A stretch of DNA of 63,998 nucleotides, filler included, from Octopus bimaculoides (taxonomy: Eukaryota), in assembly GCF_001194135.2 (NCBI RefSeq). It is 6 parts of 5 records of this genome, joined end to end, with 100 filler letters (N's around TTAATTAATTAA, not from the genome) between each part and the next. Parts side by side here need not be neighbours in the genome. Positions count along the whole stretch, not along the records: positions 1 to 16,913 come from NC_068998.1; 5 more parts are not named here. One strand, given 5' to 3'. Shown here piece by piece: positions 1 to 13,046 of this stretch (position 1 is its first letter; each line of letters begins with the position of its first letter). The position numbers and the translations under genes are program-made. Below the pieces are notes generated by a model. It saw only the letters and a program-made list of their open reading frames with translations, made no database searches and was not told the origin of the DNA.

Positions 1-367
1 ACTTACGCCTTAATTACAACTTCTGCTCAAATATTTCGTGTTTACATTTGATGTCTCTGACAATTTTTTTAGCTACGAGCGATTAGATTGTTATCATTTC
101 CCCTGTTAATGAATAAACCATTGGAATAAGAGATCCCTTACTTGAGCAATAGGTAAGGGTTAAAGACATGAATAAGATCTAGAAGTAAATAAAAAAAAAT
201 CATCAAATATATATACATCGCACCAATGCTAGATTGGAAAACAGATATGAAAATGATTGGCATACATATGTACGTCTATGGATATGTATACATNNNNNNN
301 NNNGATTGGCATACATATGTACGTCTATGGATATGTATACATGTGTGTGTGTGTGTGTGTGTGTGAA

Positions 368-550
368 GTTATGGAGCCTAGTGGTTAGGGTGTTGCACTC
401 ACAGTGGCTAGATCGTGGGTTCAATTCCCATACTGAGCACAGTACATTGTATTCTTGAGCAAAACACCTCATTTCATATAGCTGCAGTCCACTCAATTGT
501 AAATAGATTTCCCAGCAATGGACTATCTTTCTGATCGGTGAGAACAGACA
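368..550 (+). mobile_element. tRNA-derived SINE, diverged copy
   Basis: Pol III A-box-like TAGTGGTTAGG and B-box-like GGTTCAATTCC, followed by TTGAGCAAAACACCT; a related head occurs at 55020-55360. Confidence 0.6.
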
Positions 551-857
551 TTACCCTGCTTGCATAGCCAGTAGGGTGCACGTTCTTGCGGCATCAGACA
601 CGACCTTGCGTCGCCAGGCACGTTCTTGCGGCGCCGACGTGTCGTTGTCAGGTAGAGAGAGACAACAGGGTAAACAAATGATTAGGAGATGAAAGGGGGA
701 GGGGTTAAGTGTTATCCCGGAAAAAGTGAAGTTTAATGGGTCTGACTGAGTTAAGGGCACCTGTGAACTTGATAGGAAGAACGCGGATTCCTTCAATAAA
801 ATACAAATAATATATGAGTATATGCATATGTACGTACATGTATGTACATACCTTCAA

Positions 858-3800
858 CTACCAAAAATTGAACACTGGCCATAAAGTCGGGGACCGAACA
901 TTGTACACTGGCCATAAAGTCGGGGACCTATAATTGAACACTGGCCATAAAGACGGGGACGAATAATTGAACACTGGTCATAAAGACAGGGACCAAAAAT
1001 TAAACACTGGCCATAAAATGGGGGATCAAAAATCGCACACTGGCCATAAAGTCGGGGACCAAAAAATTGCACACTGGCCATATAGACGAGGACCAAAAAT
1101 CGCACACTGGCCATAAAGTCGGTGACCAATAATTGCACATTGGCCATAAAAACGGGGACTAAAAATTGAACACTGGCTATAAAGACGGGGACCAAAAATT
1201 GAACACTGGCCATAAAGTCGGGGACCAAAAATTGAACAATGGCCATAAAGTCGGGGACCAATAATTAATTGCACACTGGCCATAAAGACGGGGACCAAAA
1301 ATTGAACACTGGCCATAAACCGGGGACGAATAATTGAACACTGGCCATAAAGTCGGGGACCAAAAAATTGCACACTGGCCATATAGACGAGGACCAAAAA
1401 TCGCACACTGGCCATAAAGTCGGTGACCAATAATTGCACACTGGCCATAAAAACGGGGACCAAAAATTGAACACTGGCTATAAAGACGGGGACCAAAAAT
1501 TGAACACTGGCCATAAAGACGGGGACCAAAAATCGCACAGTGGCCATGAAGACGGGGACCAAAATTTGAACACTGGCCATAAAGTCGGGGACGAATAATT
1601 GCACAGTGGCCATAAAGTCGGGGGACCAAAAATTGAACTCTGGCCATAAAGACGGGGACCAAAAATCGCACAGTGGTCATAAAAACGGGGACCAAAAATT
1701 GAACATTCGCCATAAAGTCGGGGACCAAAAATTGAACACTGGCCATAAAGACGGGGACCAAAAATTGAACACTGGCCATAAAATGGGGGATCAAAAATCG
1801 CACATTGGCCATAAAGTCGGGGACCAATAATCGCACACTGGCCATGAAAACGGGGACCAAAAATTGAACACTGGCTATAAAGTCGGGGACCAAAAATTGA
1901 ACGCCGGCCATAAAGTCGGGGACGAAAAATAGAACACTGGCCATAAAGTCGGGGACCAATAATTAATTGCACACTGGCCATAAAGACGGGGACCAAAAAT
2001 CGCATATAGGCCATGAAGACGGGGACCAAAAATTGCACACTGGCCATAAAGTCGGGGACCAAAAATTGGACATCGTCCATAAAAATGGGGACCGAACATT
2101 GTACACTGCCCATAAAATGGAAGATCAAAAATCGCACACTGGCCATATAGACGGGGACCAAAAATCGCACGCTGGCCATAAAGTCAGGGACCAAAAATTG
2201 AACACTGGCCATAAAGTCGGGGACCAAAAATTGAACACTGGCCATAAAGTCGGGGACGAATAATTGCACACTGGCCATAAGGTCGGGGACCAAAAATTGA
2301 ACACTGGCCATGAAGTCGGGGACCAAAAATTGAACACTGGCCACAAAGTCGGGGACGAATAATTGCACAGTGGCCATAAAGTCGGGGACCAAAAATTGAA
2401 CACTGGCCATGAAGTCGGGGACCAAAAATTGAACACTGGCCATAAAGTCGGGGACCAAAAATGAACACTGGCCATAAAGTCGTGGACCAAAAATTGAACA
2501 CTGGCCATAAAGTCGGGGAGGAATAATTGCACACTGGACATAAAGACGGGGACCAAAATTGAACACTGGCCATAAAGTCGGGGACGAATAATTGATCACT
2601 GGCCATAAAGTCGGGGACGAATAATTGCACACTGGCCATATCGACGGGGACCAAAAATCACACACTGGCCATCAAGTCGGGGACCAATAATTGCACACTG
2701 GCCATAGAAACCATGTCCAAAAATTGAACACTGTCCATAAAGTCGGGGACCAAAAATCGCACAGTGACCATAAAGACGGGGACCAAAAATTGAATACTGG
2801 CCATAAAGACGGGGACCAAAAATTGAACACTGGCCATTAAGTCGGGGACGAATAATTGCACACAGGCCATAAAGACGGGGACCAAAATTGAACACTGGCC
2901 ATAAAGTTGGGGACGAATAATTGATCACTGGCCATAAAGTCGGGGACGAATAATTGCACACTGGCCATATCGGTGGGGACCAAAAATCGCACACTGGCCA
3001 TCAAGTCGGGGACCAATAATTGCACAGTGGCCATAAAAACGGGGACCAAAAATTGAATACTGGCCATAAAGACGGGGACCAAAAATTGAACACTGGCCAT
3101 AAAGTCGGGGACCAAAAATTGAACACTGGCCATATAGACGGGGACCAAAAATCGCACACTGGCCATAAGGTCGGGGACCAATAATTGCACACTGGCCATA
3201 AAAACGATGTCCAAAAATTGATNNNNNNNNNNNNNNNNNNNNNNNNNNNNNNNNNNNNNNNNNNNNNNNNNNNNNNNNNNNNNNNNNNTGGGGACGAATA
3301 ATTGATCACTGGCCATAAAGTCGGGGACGAATAATTGCACACTGGCCATATCGGTGGGGACCAAAAATCGCACACTGGCCATCAAGTCGGGGACCAATAA
3401 TTGCACAGTGGCCATAAAAACGGGGACCAAAAATTGAATACTGGCCATAAAGACGGGGACCAAAAATTGAACACTGGCCATAAAGTCGGGGACCAAAAAT
3501 TGAACACTGGCCATATAGACGGGGACCAAAAATCGCACACTGGCCATAAGGTCGGGGACCAATAATTGCACACTGGCCATAAAAACGATGTCCAAAAATT
3601 GATCACTGTCCATAAAGTCGGGGACCAAAAATCGCACAGTGGCCATAAGAACGGGGACCAAAAATTGAACATTGGCCATAAGGTCGGGGACCAAAAATTG
3701 CACACTGGCCATGAAGTCAGGGTCCAAAAATTGAACACTGGCCATAAAGTCGGGGACCAAAAACCGCACAGTGGCCATAAACGGGGACCTAAAATTGATC

Positions 3801-6800
3801 ACTGGCTATAAAGTCGGGGACCAAAAATTAAACACTGGCAATAAAGTCGGGGAACAAAATTGCACACTGGCCATAATGTCGGGGACCAATAATTGCACAC
3901 TGTCCATAAAGTCGGGGACCAAAAATCGTACACTGTCCATAAAGACGGGGACCAAAATTGAACACTGGCCATAAATTCGGCGACCATAAACCGCACAGTG
4001 GCCTTAAAGACGGGGACCAAATATTGAACACTGGCCATAAAGTCGGGGACCTATAATTGAACATTGGCCATAAAATGGGGGATCAAAAATCGCACACTGG
4101 CCATCAAGTCGGGGACCATTAATTGCTCACTGTCTATAAAAACGATGACCAAAAATTGAACACTGTCCATAAAGTCGGGGACCAAAAATCGGACAGTGGC
4201 CATGAAAACGGGACCTAAAATTGAACACTGGCTATAAAGACAGGGACAAAAAATTGAACATTGGCCATAAAGACGGGGACCAAAAATTGGACACTGGCCA
4301 TAAAGACGGGGACCAAAATTGAACACTAGACATAAATTCGGGGACCACAAACCGCACAGTGGCCATAAAGACGGGGACCTAAAATTGAACACTGGCTATA
4401 AAATCGGGGACCAAAAATTGAACATTGGCCATAAAGTCGGGGACCAAAAATCGCACACTGGCCATAAAGTCGAGGAACAAAAATCGCACAGTGGCCATAA
4501 AAACGGGGACCTAAAATTGAACACTGGCCATAACATGGGGGACGAATAATTGCACACTAGCCATAAAGTCGGGGACCAAAAATCGCACAGTGGTCATAAA
4601 GACGCGGTTCAAAATATTGAACACTCGCCATAAAGCNNNNNNNNNNNNNNNNNNNNNNNNNNNNNNNNNNNNNNNNNNNNNNNNNNNNNNNNNNNNNNNN
4701 NNNNNNNNNNNNNNNNNNNNNNNNNNNNNNNNNNNNNNNNNNNNNNNNNNNNNNNNNNNNNNNNNNNNNNNNNNNNNNNNNNNNNNNNNNNNNNNNNNNN
4801 NNNNNNNNNNNNNNNNNNNNNNNNNNNNNNNNNNNNNNNNNNNNNNNNNNNNNNNNNNNNNNNNNNNNNNNNNNNNNNNNNNNNNNNNNNNNNNNNNNNN
4901 NNNNNNNNNNNNNNNNNNNNNNNNNNNNNNNNNNNNNNNNNNNNNNNNNNNNNNNNNNNNNNNNNNNNNNNNNNNNNNNNNNNNNNNNNNNNNNNNNNNN
5001 NNNNNNNNNNNNNNNNNNNNNNNNNNNNNNNNNNNNNNNNNNNNNNNNNNNNNNNNNNNNNNNNNNNNNNNNNNNNAACACTGGCTATAAAATCGGGGAC
5101 CAAAAATTGAACATTGGCCATAAAGTCGGGGACCAAAAATCGCACACTGGCCATAAAGTCGAGGAACAAAAATCGCACAGTGGCCATAAAAACGGGGACC
5201 TAAAATTGAACACTGGCCATAACATGGGGGACGAATAATTGCACACTAGCCATAAAGTCGGGGACCAAAAATCGCACAGTGGTCATAAAGACGCGGTTCA
5301 AAATATTGAACACTCGCCATAAAGCTGGGGACCAAAAAATTGCACACTGGACATATAGACGGGGACCAAAAATCGCACACTGCCCATCAAGTCGGGGACC
5401 AATAATTGCACACTGGCCATAAAAACGATGTCCAAAAATTGAACACTGTCCATAAAGTCGGGGACCAAAAGTCGCACAGTGGCCATAAAAACAGGGACCA
5501 AAAATTGAACACTGGCCATAATGTCGGGGACCAAAAATCGCACACTTGCCATAAAGACGGGGACCAAAATTGAACACTGGTCATAAATTCGGGGACCACA
5601 AACAGCACAGTGGCCTTAAAGACGGGGACCAAAAATTGAACACTGGCCATAAGGTCGGGGACCAAAAATTGCACACTGGCCATGAAGTCGGGGGCCAAAA
5701 ATTGAACACTGGCCATAAAGTCGGGGGCCAAAAATTGAACACTGGCCATAAAGTTGTGGACCAAAAACCGCACAGTGGCCATAAAGTCGTGGACCAAAAA
5801 CCGCACAGTGGCCATAAACGGGGATCTAAAATTGATCACTGGCTATAAAGTCGGGGACCAAAAATTGAACACTGGCCATAAAGTCGGCGAACAAAATTGC
5901 ACACTGGCCATAAAGTCGGGGACCAATAATTGCACACTGTCCATAAGGTCGGGGACCAAAAATCGCACAGTGGCCTTAAAGGCGGGGACCTAAAATTGAA
6001 CACTGGCTATAAAGTCGGGGACCAAATATTGAACATTGGCCATAAAGTCGGGGACCAAAAGTTGTACACTAGCCATAAAGACGGGGACCTAATATTGAAC
6101 ACTGGCCATAAAGTCGGGGACCTATAATTGAACATTGGCCATAAAATGGGGCCGAATAATTGCACACTGGCCATAAAGTCGGGGACTAAATATTGAACAC
6201 TGGACATAAAGTCGGGGACCTATAATTGAACACTGGCCATAAAATGGGGGACCAAAAATTGCACACCGGTCATAAAACGGGGACCGAACATTGTACACTG
6301 GCTATAAAGTCGGGGAACAAAAATCGCACAGTGGCCATAAAAACGGGGACCTAAAATTGAACACTGGCCATAACATGGGGGGGCCGAATAATTGCACACT
6401 AGCCATAAAGTCGGGGACCAAAAATCGCACAGTGGTCATAAAGACGCGGTTCAAAATATTGAACACTCGCCATAAAGTCGGGGATCAAAAATTGAACACT
6501 GGACATAAAGTCGGGGACCAAATATCGCATACTGGCCATAAAGTCGCGGACCAAAAATTGCACACCGTCTATATAGACGGGGACCGAACATTGTACACTG
6601 GCCATAGAGTCGGGGGAACAAAATTCGCACACTGGCCATCAAGTCGGGGACCAATAATTGCACACTGGCCATAAAAACGATGTCCAAAAATTGAACACTG
6701 TCCATAAAGTCGGGGACCAAAAATCGCACAGTGGCCATTAAGTCGGGGACAAATAATTGCACACTGGCCATAAGGTCGGGGACCAAAAATTGAACACTGG

Positions 6801-9800
6801 CCATAAAGTCGGCTACCAAAAAATTGCACACTGGCCATATAGACGGGGACNNNNNNNNNNNNNNNNNNNNNNNNNNNNNNNNNNNNNNNNNNNNNNNNNN
6901 NNTTCGCACACTGGCCATCAAGTCGGGGACCAATAATTGCACACTGGCCATAAAAACGATGTCCAAAAATTGAACACTGTCCATAAAGTCGGGGACCAAA
7001 AATCGCACAGTGGCCATAAAAACGGGGACCAAAAATTGAACACTGGCCATAAAGTCGGGGACCTATAATTGAACACTGGCCATAAAGTCGGGGACCAAAA
7101 ACCGCACAGTGGCCATAAACGGGGACCTAAAATTGATCACTGGCCATAAAGACGGGGACCAAAAATTGAACACTGGCCATAAGGTCGGGGACCACAAACC
7201 GCACAGTGGCCATAAAGACGGGGACATAAAATTGAACCCTGGCTATAAAATCGGGGACCAAAAATTGAACACTGGCCATAAAGTGGGGGACCAAAAGTTG
7301 CACACTAGCCATAAAGACGGGGACCAAATATTGAACACTGGCCATAATGTCGGGGACCTATAATTGAACATTGGCCATAAAATGGAGGACAAAAAATTGT
7401 ACACTGGCCATAAAGACGGGGACCAAAAATGAACACTGGCTATAAAGTCGGGGACCTATAATTGAACACTGGCCCTAAAGTGGGGGATGAATAATTGCAC
7501 ACTGGCCATAAAGACGGTGACTAAATATTGAACACTGGACAAAGTCGGCGACCAAAATTGAACAGTGGCCATTAAATGGGGGACCAGAAATTGCATACCG
7601 GTCATAAAGGCGGGGACCGAACATTGTAGACTGGCTATAAAGTCGGGGAACAAAAATCGCACACTGTCCATAAAGTCGGGGACCAAAAATCGCACAGTGG
7701 CCATAAAAACAGGGACCAAAAATTGAACACTGGCCATAAGGTCGGGGACCAAAAATCGCACACTGGCCATGAAGTTGGGGTCCAAAAATTGAACACTGGC
7801 CATAAAGTCGGGGACCTATAATTGAACACTGGCCATAAAGTCGGGGACCAAAAACCGCACAGTGGCCATAAACGGGGACCTAAAATTTATCACTAGCCAT
7901 AAAGACGGGGACCAAAATTGAACACTGGCCATAAATTCGGGGACCACAAATCGCACAGTGGCCATAAAGACGGCGACATAAAATTGAACCCTGGCTATAA
8001 AGTCGGGGACCAAAAATTGAACACTGGCCATAAAGTGGGGGACCAAAAGTTGCACACTAGCCATAAAGACTGGGACCAAATATTGAACACTGGCCATAAA
8101 GTCGGGGACCTATAATTGAACATTGGCCATAAAATGGGGGACGAAAGATTGTACACTGGCCATAAAGACGGTGACTAAATATTGAACACTGGACATAAAG
8201 TCGGGGACCTATATGAACACTGGCCATTAAATGGGGGACCAAAAATTGCACACCGGTCATATTGCACACTGGCTATAAAGTCGGGGAACAAAAATCGCAC
8301 AGTGGCCATAAAGACGGGGACCTATAATTGAACACTAGCCATGACATGGGGGACGAATAATTGCACACTAGCCATAAAGTCGGGGACCAAAAATCGCACA
8401 GTGGCCATAAAGACGCGGTTCAAAATTTTGAACACTCGCCATAAAGTCGGGGACCAAAAATTGAACACTGGACATAAAGTCGGGGACCAAATATCGCATA
8501 CTGGTCTTAAAGTCGGGGACCAAAAGTTGCACACCGTCCATATAGACGGTGACCGAACATTGTACACTGGCCATAGAGTCAGGGAAGAAAATTCGCTCAC
8601 TGGCCATCAAGTCGGGGACCAAAAATCGCACAGTGGCCATAAAAACGGGGACCAAAAATTGAACACTGGCCATAAGGTCGGGGACCAAAAATAGCAAACT
8701 GGCCATGATGTCGGGGTCCAAAAATTGAACACTGGCCATAAAGTCGGGGACCTATAATTGAACACTGGCCATAAAGTCGGGGACCAAAATCTGCACAGTG
8801 GCCATAAACGGGGACCTAAAATTGATCACTGGCTATAAAGTCGTGGACCAAAAATTGAACACTGGCCATAAAGTCGGGGAACAAAATTGCACACTGGCCA
8901 TAATGTCGGGGACCAATAATTGCACACTGTCCATAAAGTCGGGGACCAAATATCGCACACTGGCCATAAAGACGGGGACCAAAAATTGAACACTGGCCAT
9001 AAGGTCGGGGACCAAAAATCGCACACTAGCCATAAAGACGGGGACCAAAATTGAATACTGGCCATAAATTCGGGGACCACAAACCGCACAGTGGTCATAA
9101 AGACGGGGACCTAAAATTGAACACTGGCTATAAAGTCGGGGACCAAAAATTGAACATTGGCCATAAAGTCGGGGACCAAAAATCGCACACTGGCCATAAA
9201 GTCGGGGACCAAAAGTTGCACACTAGCCATAAAGACGAGGACCAAATATTGAACACTGGCCATAAAGTCGGGGACCTATAATTGAACATTGGCCATAAAA
9301 TGGGTGACCAAAAATTGTACACTGGCCATAAAGACGGGGACCAAAAATGAACACTGGCTATAAAGTCGGGGACCTATAATTGAACACTGGCCGTAAAATG
9401 GGGGACAAATAATTGCACACCGGTCATAAAGACGGGGACCGAACAATGTACACTGGCCATAAAGTCGGGGAACAAAAATCGCACAGTGGCCATAAAGACG
9501 GGGACCTATAATTGAACACTGGCCATAACATGGGGGACGAATAATTGCACACTAGCCATAAAGTCGGGGACCAAAAATCGCACAGTGGCCATAAAGACGC
9601 GGTTCAAAATTTTGAATACTCGCCATAAAGTCGGTGACCAAAAATTGAACACTGGACATAAAGTCGGGGACTAAATATCGCATACTGGCCTTAAAGTCGG
9701 GGAACAAAAATTGCACACCGTCTATATAGACGGGGACCGAACATTGTACACAGGCCATAGAGTCGGGGAACAAAATTCGCACACTGGCTATAAAGTCGGG

Positions 9801-10885
9801 GACCAGAATTTCAACACTGGCCATAAAGTTGGGGACGAATAATTGCACAATGGCCATAAAGACGGGGACCAAAAATTGAACACTTGCCATAAAATGGGTG
9901 ATCAAAAATCGCACACTTGCCATATAGACGGGGACCAAAAATCGCACACTGGCCATAAAGTCGGGGACTAATAATTGCACACTGGCCATAAAAACGGGGA
10001 CCAAAGTTTGAAAACTGGCCATAAAGTCGGGGACCAAAAATTGTACACTGGCCATGTAGTCGGGGACCAAAAATTGAACACTGGCCATGAAGTCGGGGAC
10101 CAAATTTGAATACTGGCCATAAAGTCGGGAACCAAAAGTTGTACACTCGCCATGAAGTCGGGGACCAAAAATCACACACTGGCCATAAAGTCGGGGACCA
10201 GAAATTCTAAACTGGCCATAAATCGGGGACCAACTATTGCACACTGGCCATAAAGACGGGGGCCAGAAATTCAACACTGGCCATATTGTCGGGTACCAAA
10301 AATTGAACACTGGCCAAAAAGTCAGGGTCGAATAATTGGACACTGGCCATAAAGACGGGGACCACAAGTCGCACAATGGCCCTGAGGTCGGGAACGAATA
10401 ATTGCACAATGGCCATAAAGACGGGGACCAAATATCGAACACTGGCCATAAAGTCGGGGACCAAAATTTGGACTCTGGCCATAAAATCGGGAATCAAAAA
10501 TTGAACACTGGCCATAAAGTCAAGGACCAAATATTGAACACTGGTCATAAAGTCGGGACCAAATTATTGTACACTGGCCATGAAGTCTGGGACCAAAAAT
10601 TGAACACTGGCCATAATGTCGGGGACCAAAAATTGAACAATGGCCATAAAGTCGGGGTCCAAATATTGAACACTGGCCATAAAAGCGGGGACTAACAATT
10701 TGTACACTGGCCATGAAGTCGGGGACCAAAATTCGCACACTGGCCATAAAGTCGGGACCAAATTATTGAACATTGGCCATAAAATCGGGGACCAACAATT
10801 TGTACACTGGCCATGAAGTCGGGGACCAAAAATTGCACACTGGCCATAATGTCGGGGACGGATAATTGCACACTTGCCATAAAGG
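858..10885. repeat. 33-bp minisatellite array, consensus TTGAACACTGGCCATAAAGTCGGGGACCAAAAA, ~285 sequenced units, three internal N gaps
   Basis: Period read directly (GAACA at 1201 and 1234). All six-frame ORFs here are 11-aa repeats (FLVPDFMASVQ, FGPRLYGQCSI, WSPTLWPVFNF, LNTGHKVGDQK). Confidence 0.98.
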
Positions 10886-11194
10886 GAATGATGAGGGAAT
10901 GATGATTGGTGGCGATGGCGGTGGAATTGTTTTTTTGTTTGTTTTACGACGTGGAACATTCTGGAAAAGAATTAAATGTTCATTGCGCCACCTATTTGAT
11001 GTTTTTGTTTTTCTTTGTGTTTAATTTTGTTCTTGGCTGCTTGTGCGTGTGTGTGTCTGTGCGTGTGTGTGCATGCGTGCGCTTGTGTGCGCGCAACGAA
11101 ATTGCGATAATTTCCTGTTGACATCTGACGAAAAGATCCAGGATTGTGCTCGTTCGTTTGCGTTCTTTCGTTTTCCCACAAACTTCTTTGTTGT

Positions 11195-11197
<3 letters not shown>

Positions 11198-11273
<76 letters not shown>
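11198..11273. repeat. (TG)n microsatellite
   Basis: Perfect dinucleotide run. Confidence 0.97.
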
Positions 11274-11277
<4 letters not shown>

Positions 11278-11607
11278 CATGTGTATGTGTGCTTGTATGT
11301 AGATGTATGGAGAGGTTTTATGTTTTGAAACAAAATAATGTTGTCGATTTCCTTTCGACAAACTGTAGTAGTAGTAGTAGTGGTGGTGGTGGTGGTGGTG
11401 GTGGGTTTAAAAGAATTTCTTGAGACAAATCCGATATCAATGTCATAATTGTGACGTTGTTGCTGGCGTCGTCATTGTTGTTGTTGTTGTTACTGGTGGT
11501 GGTGGTGGGTTCTCTATTTCAGTGTCTATTACAAATAATACTATAACTATTTGAGATCATGTAGGTAGTAAATACACTGCAGCTGCTGATAGTATCTACA
11601 CTTAGTA

Positions 11608-11643
<36 letters not shown>

Positions 11644-12810
11644 ACTTTCACTTTCCTGGAAGTTCAGTGTCTGGCAATAGTAACCAGGCAACTTTTATAA
11701 CAAGCCGGGATTTGGAGAAAAACGGATCTAATTTACATTTCAAGGTACGTTTTATTAAACGATTTTCAAAAATAATGAATAAGTATACACACACACACAC
11801 ACTCTCTCTGTCTTTATCTCTCTCTCATAATTGTGTCAGTCATTGGACTCGGGCCAAGTTGGGGACATGCATCGTTGCCCTCCACTACGACAGTGATTCC
11901 TCATAATTTTCAGAAAAATATGTATTTTTAATGAAATTTTCGCCATAACTATAGACTTGTACCCTTCTCCGACTTTGTTGTTTCATAACTTCAGGAAAAA
12001 TGGATACTTTTTAACAAAATTTTCAACAAACACCACTTGGATGCTGTGGGTTCAATGTGTATAGGGATTTTGGGGGAAAAAATTTTCCGAGGAAGTAGGG
12101 AGAAGAGTTTCGGAAAATTAATACGAGCTGACTTTTTTCCCTCAGAATTTTTAGGAAAATGGATATCTTTTAGTGAAATTTTATACAAAATACCTTTCAA
12201 ATGGCATAGATTACGATTTTAAAGAAATTTGTGTGGAAATTGTTTTCCGAGGGCATGGGAAGCGGAGTTTCGAATCAGGAAGACCCATTTCTTTTTAGCC
12301 TTCGAAATGATGTAGTGGGGTAGGGTGGGGGACATCTTTTTATGAAAAAAGTTTTGAAAATTTTTTGTACACCACCCGCCTCATCATCCCACTCCGGACA
12401 GATTTTAACAAATAATTTTGGCACTTCAAGGCCATGGAAGGAGCCTTTTCGGTAATTTTTTAATTTTTTATATGTATGTATGTATTTTTTTTTTTGGGTT
12501 TTGCAACCTTACTCCTGGCCCCCGATTGTTTCTGTTTATAATTCAAAATATTGGAGAGGTCATTGAGAAGGTCATTGCTGGCATTTACCCACAGTAATTT
12601 TTAAAAAAAGGTATGTAAACGATAATTCATTTTAATAGCATATTTTTCTCTTAGAAAATATTCTTTCTTACACACACACGGCTTCGCTTCATTGAGGTGG
12701 AGGTAAAAATTAAAATTACCATTTATCTTTTTGTTGCTTATATCCCACCAATGGACCACGCGTGTGTTACCTGAGCATCCTCATTCCATGGTGTTTAATG
12801 GGAGAAAAAA

Positions 12811-13030
12811 ATTCGTTTCTACTCTAGGCACAAGGTCCGAAATTTTTGGGGAGAAGGGACCAGCCGATTAGATCGACGCCAGTACGCAACTAGTATTTAA
12901 TTTATCGACCCCGAAAGGATGAAAGGCAAAGTCGACCTCGGCGGAATTTGAACTTAGAACATAAAGACGGACGAAATACCGCCAAGCATTTCGCCCGGGG
13001 GGCTAATGTTTCTCTGCCAGCTCGCCGCCT
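12811..13030 (-). mobile_element. tRNA-derived SINE family A (GGCGGCGAGCTGGCAGA...GTCGACTTTGCCTTTCATCCTTTCGGGGTCGAT)
   Basis: Reverse complement of the copies at 13755 and 49160; many copies in the window. Confidence 0.85.
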
Positions 13031-13046
13031 TAATGGGGAAAAAATA

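Noticed and set aside
858-10885. CRISPR-like repeat-spacer array
   Set aside because: The variable segments are only 12 bp, mutually homologous and recurrent rather than unique; no cas genes; eukaryotic context.
1026-10959. Dozens of long ORFs in the ORF track
   Set aside because: All are translations of the 33-bp monomer in overlapping frames, broken by frame-shifting monomers.
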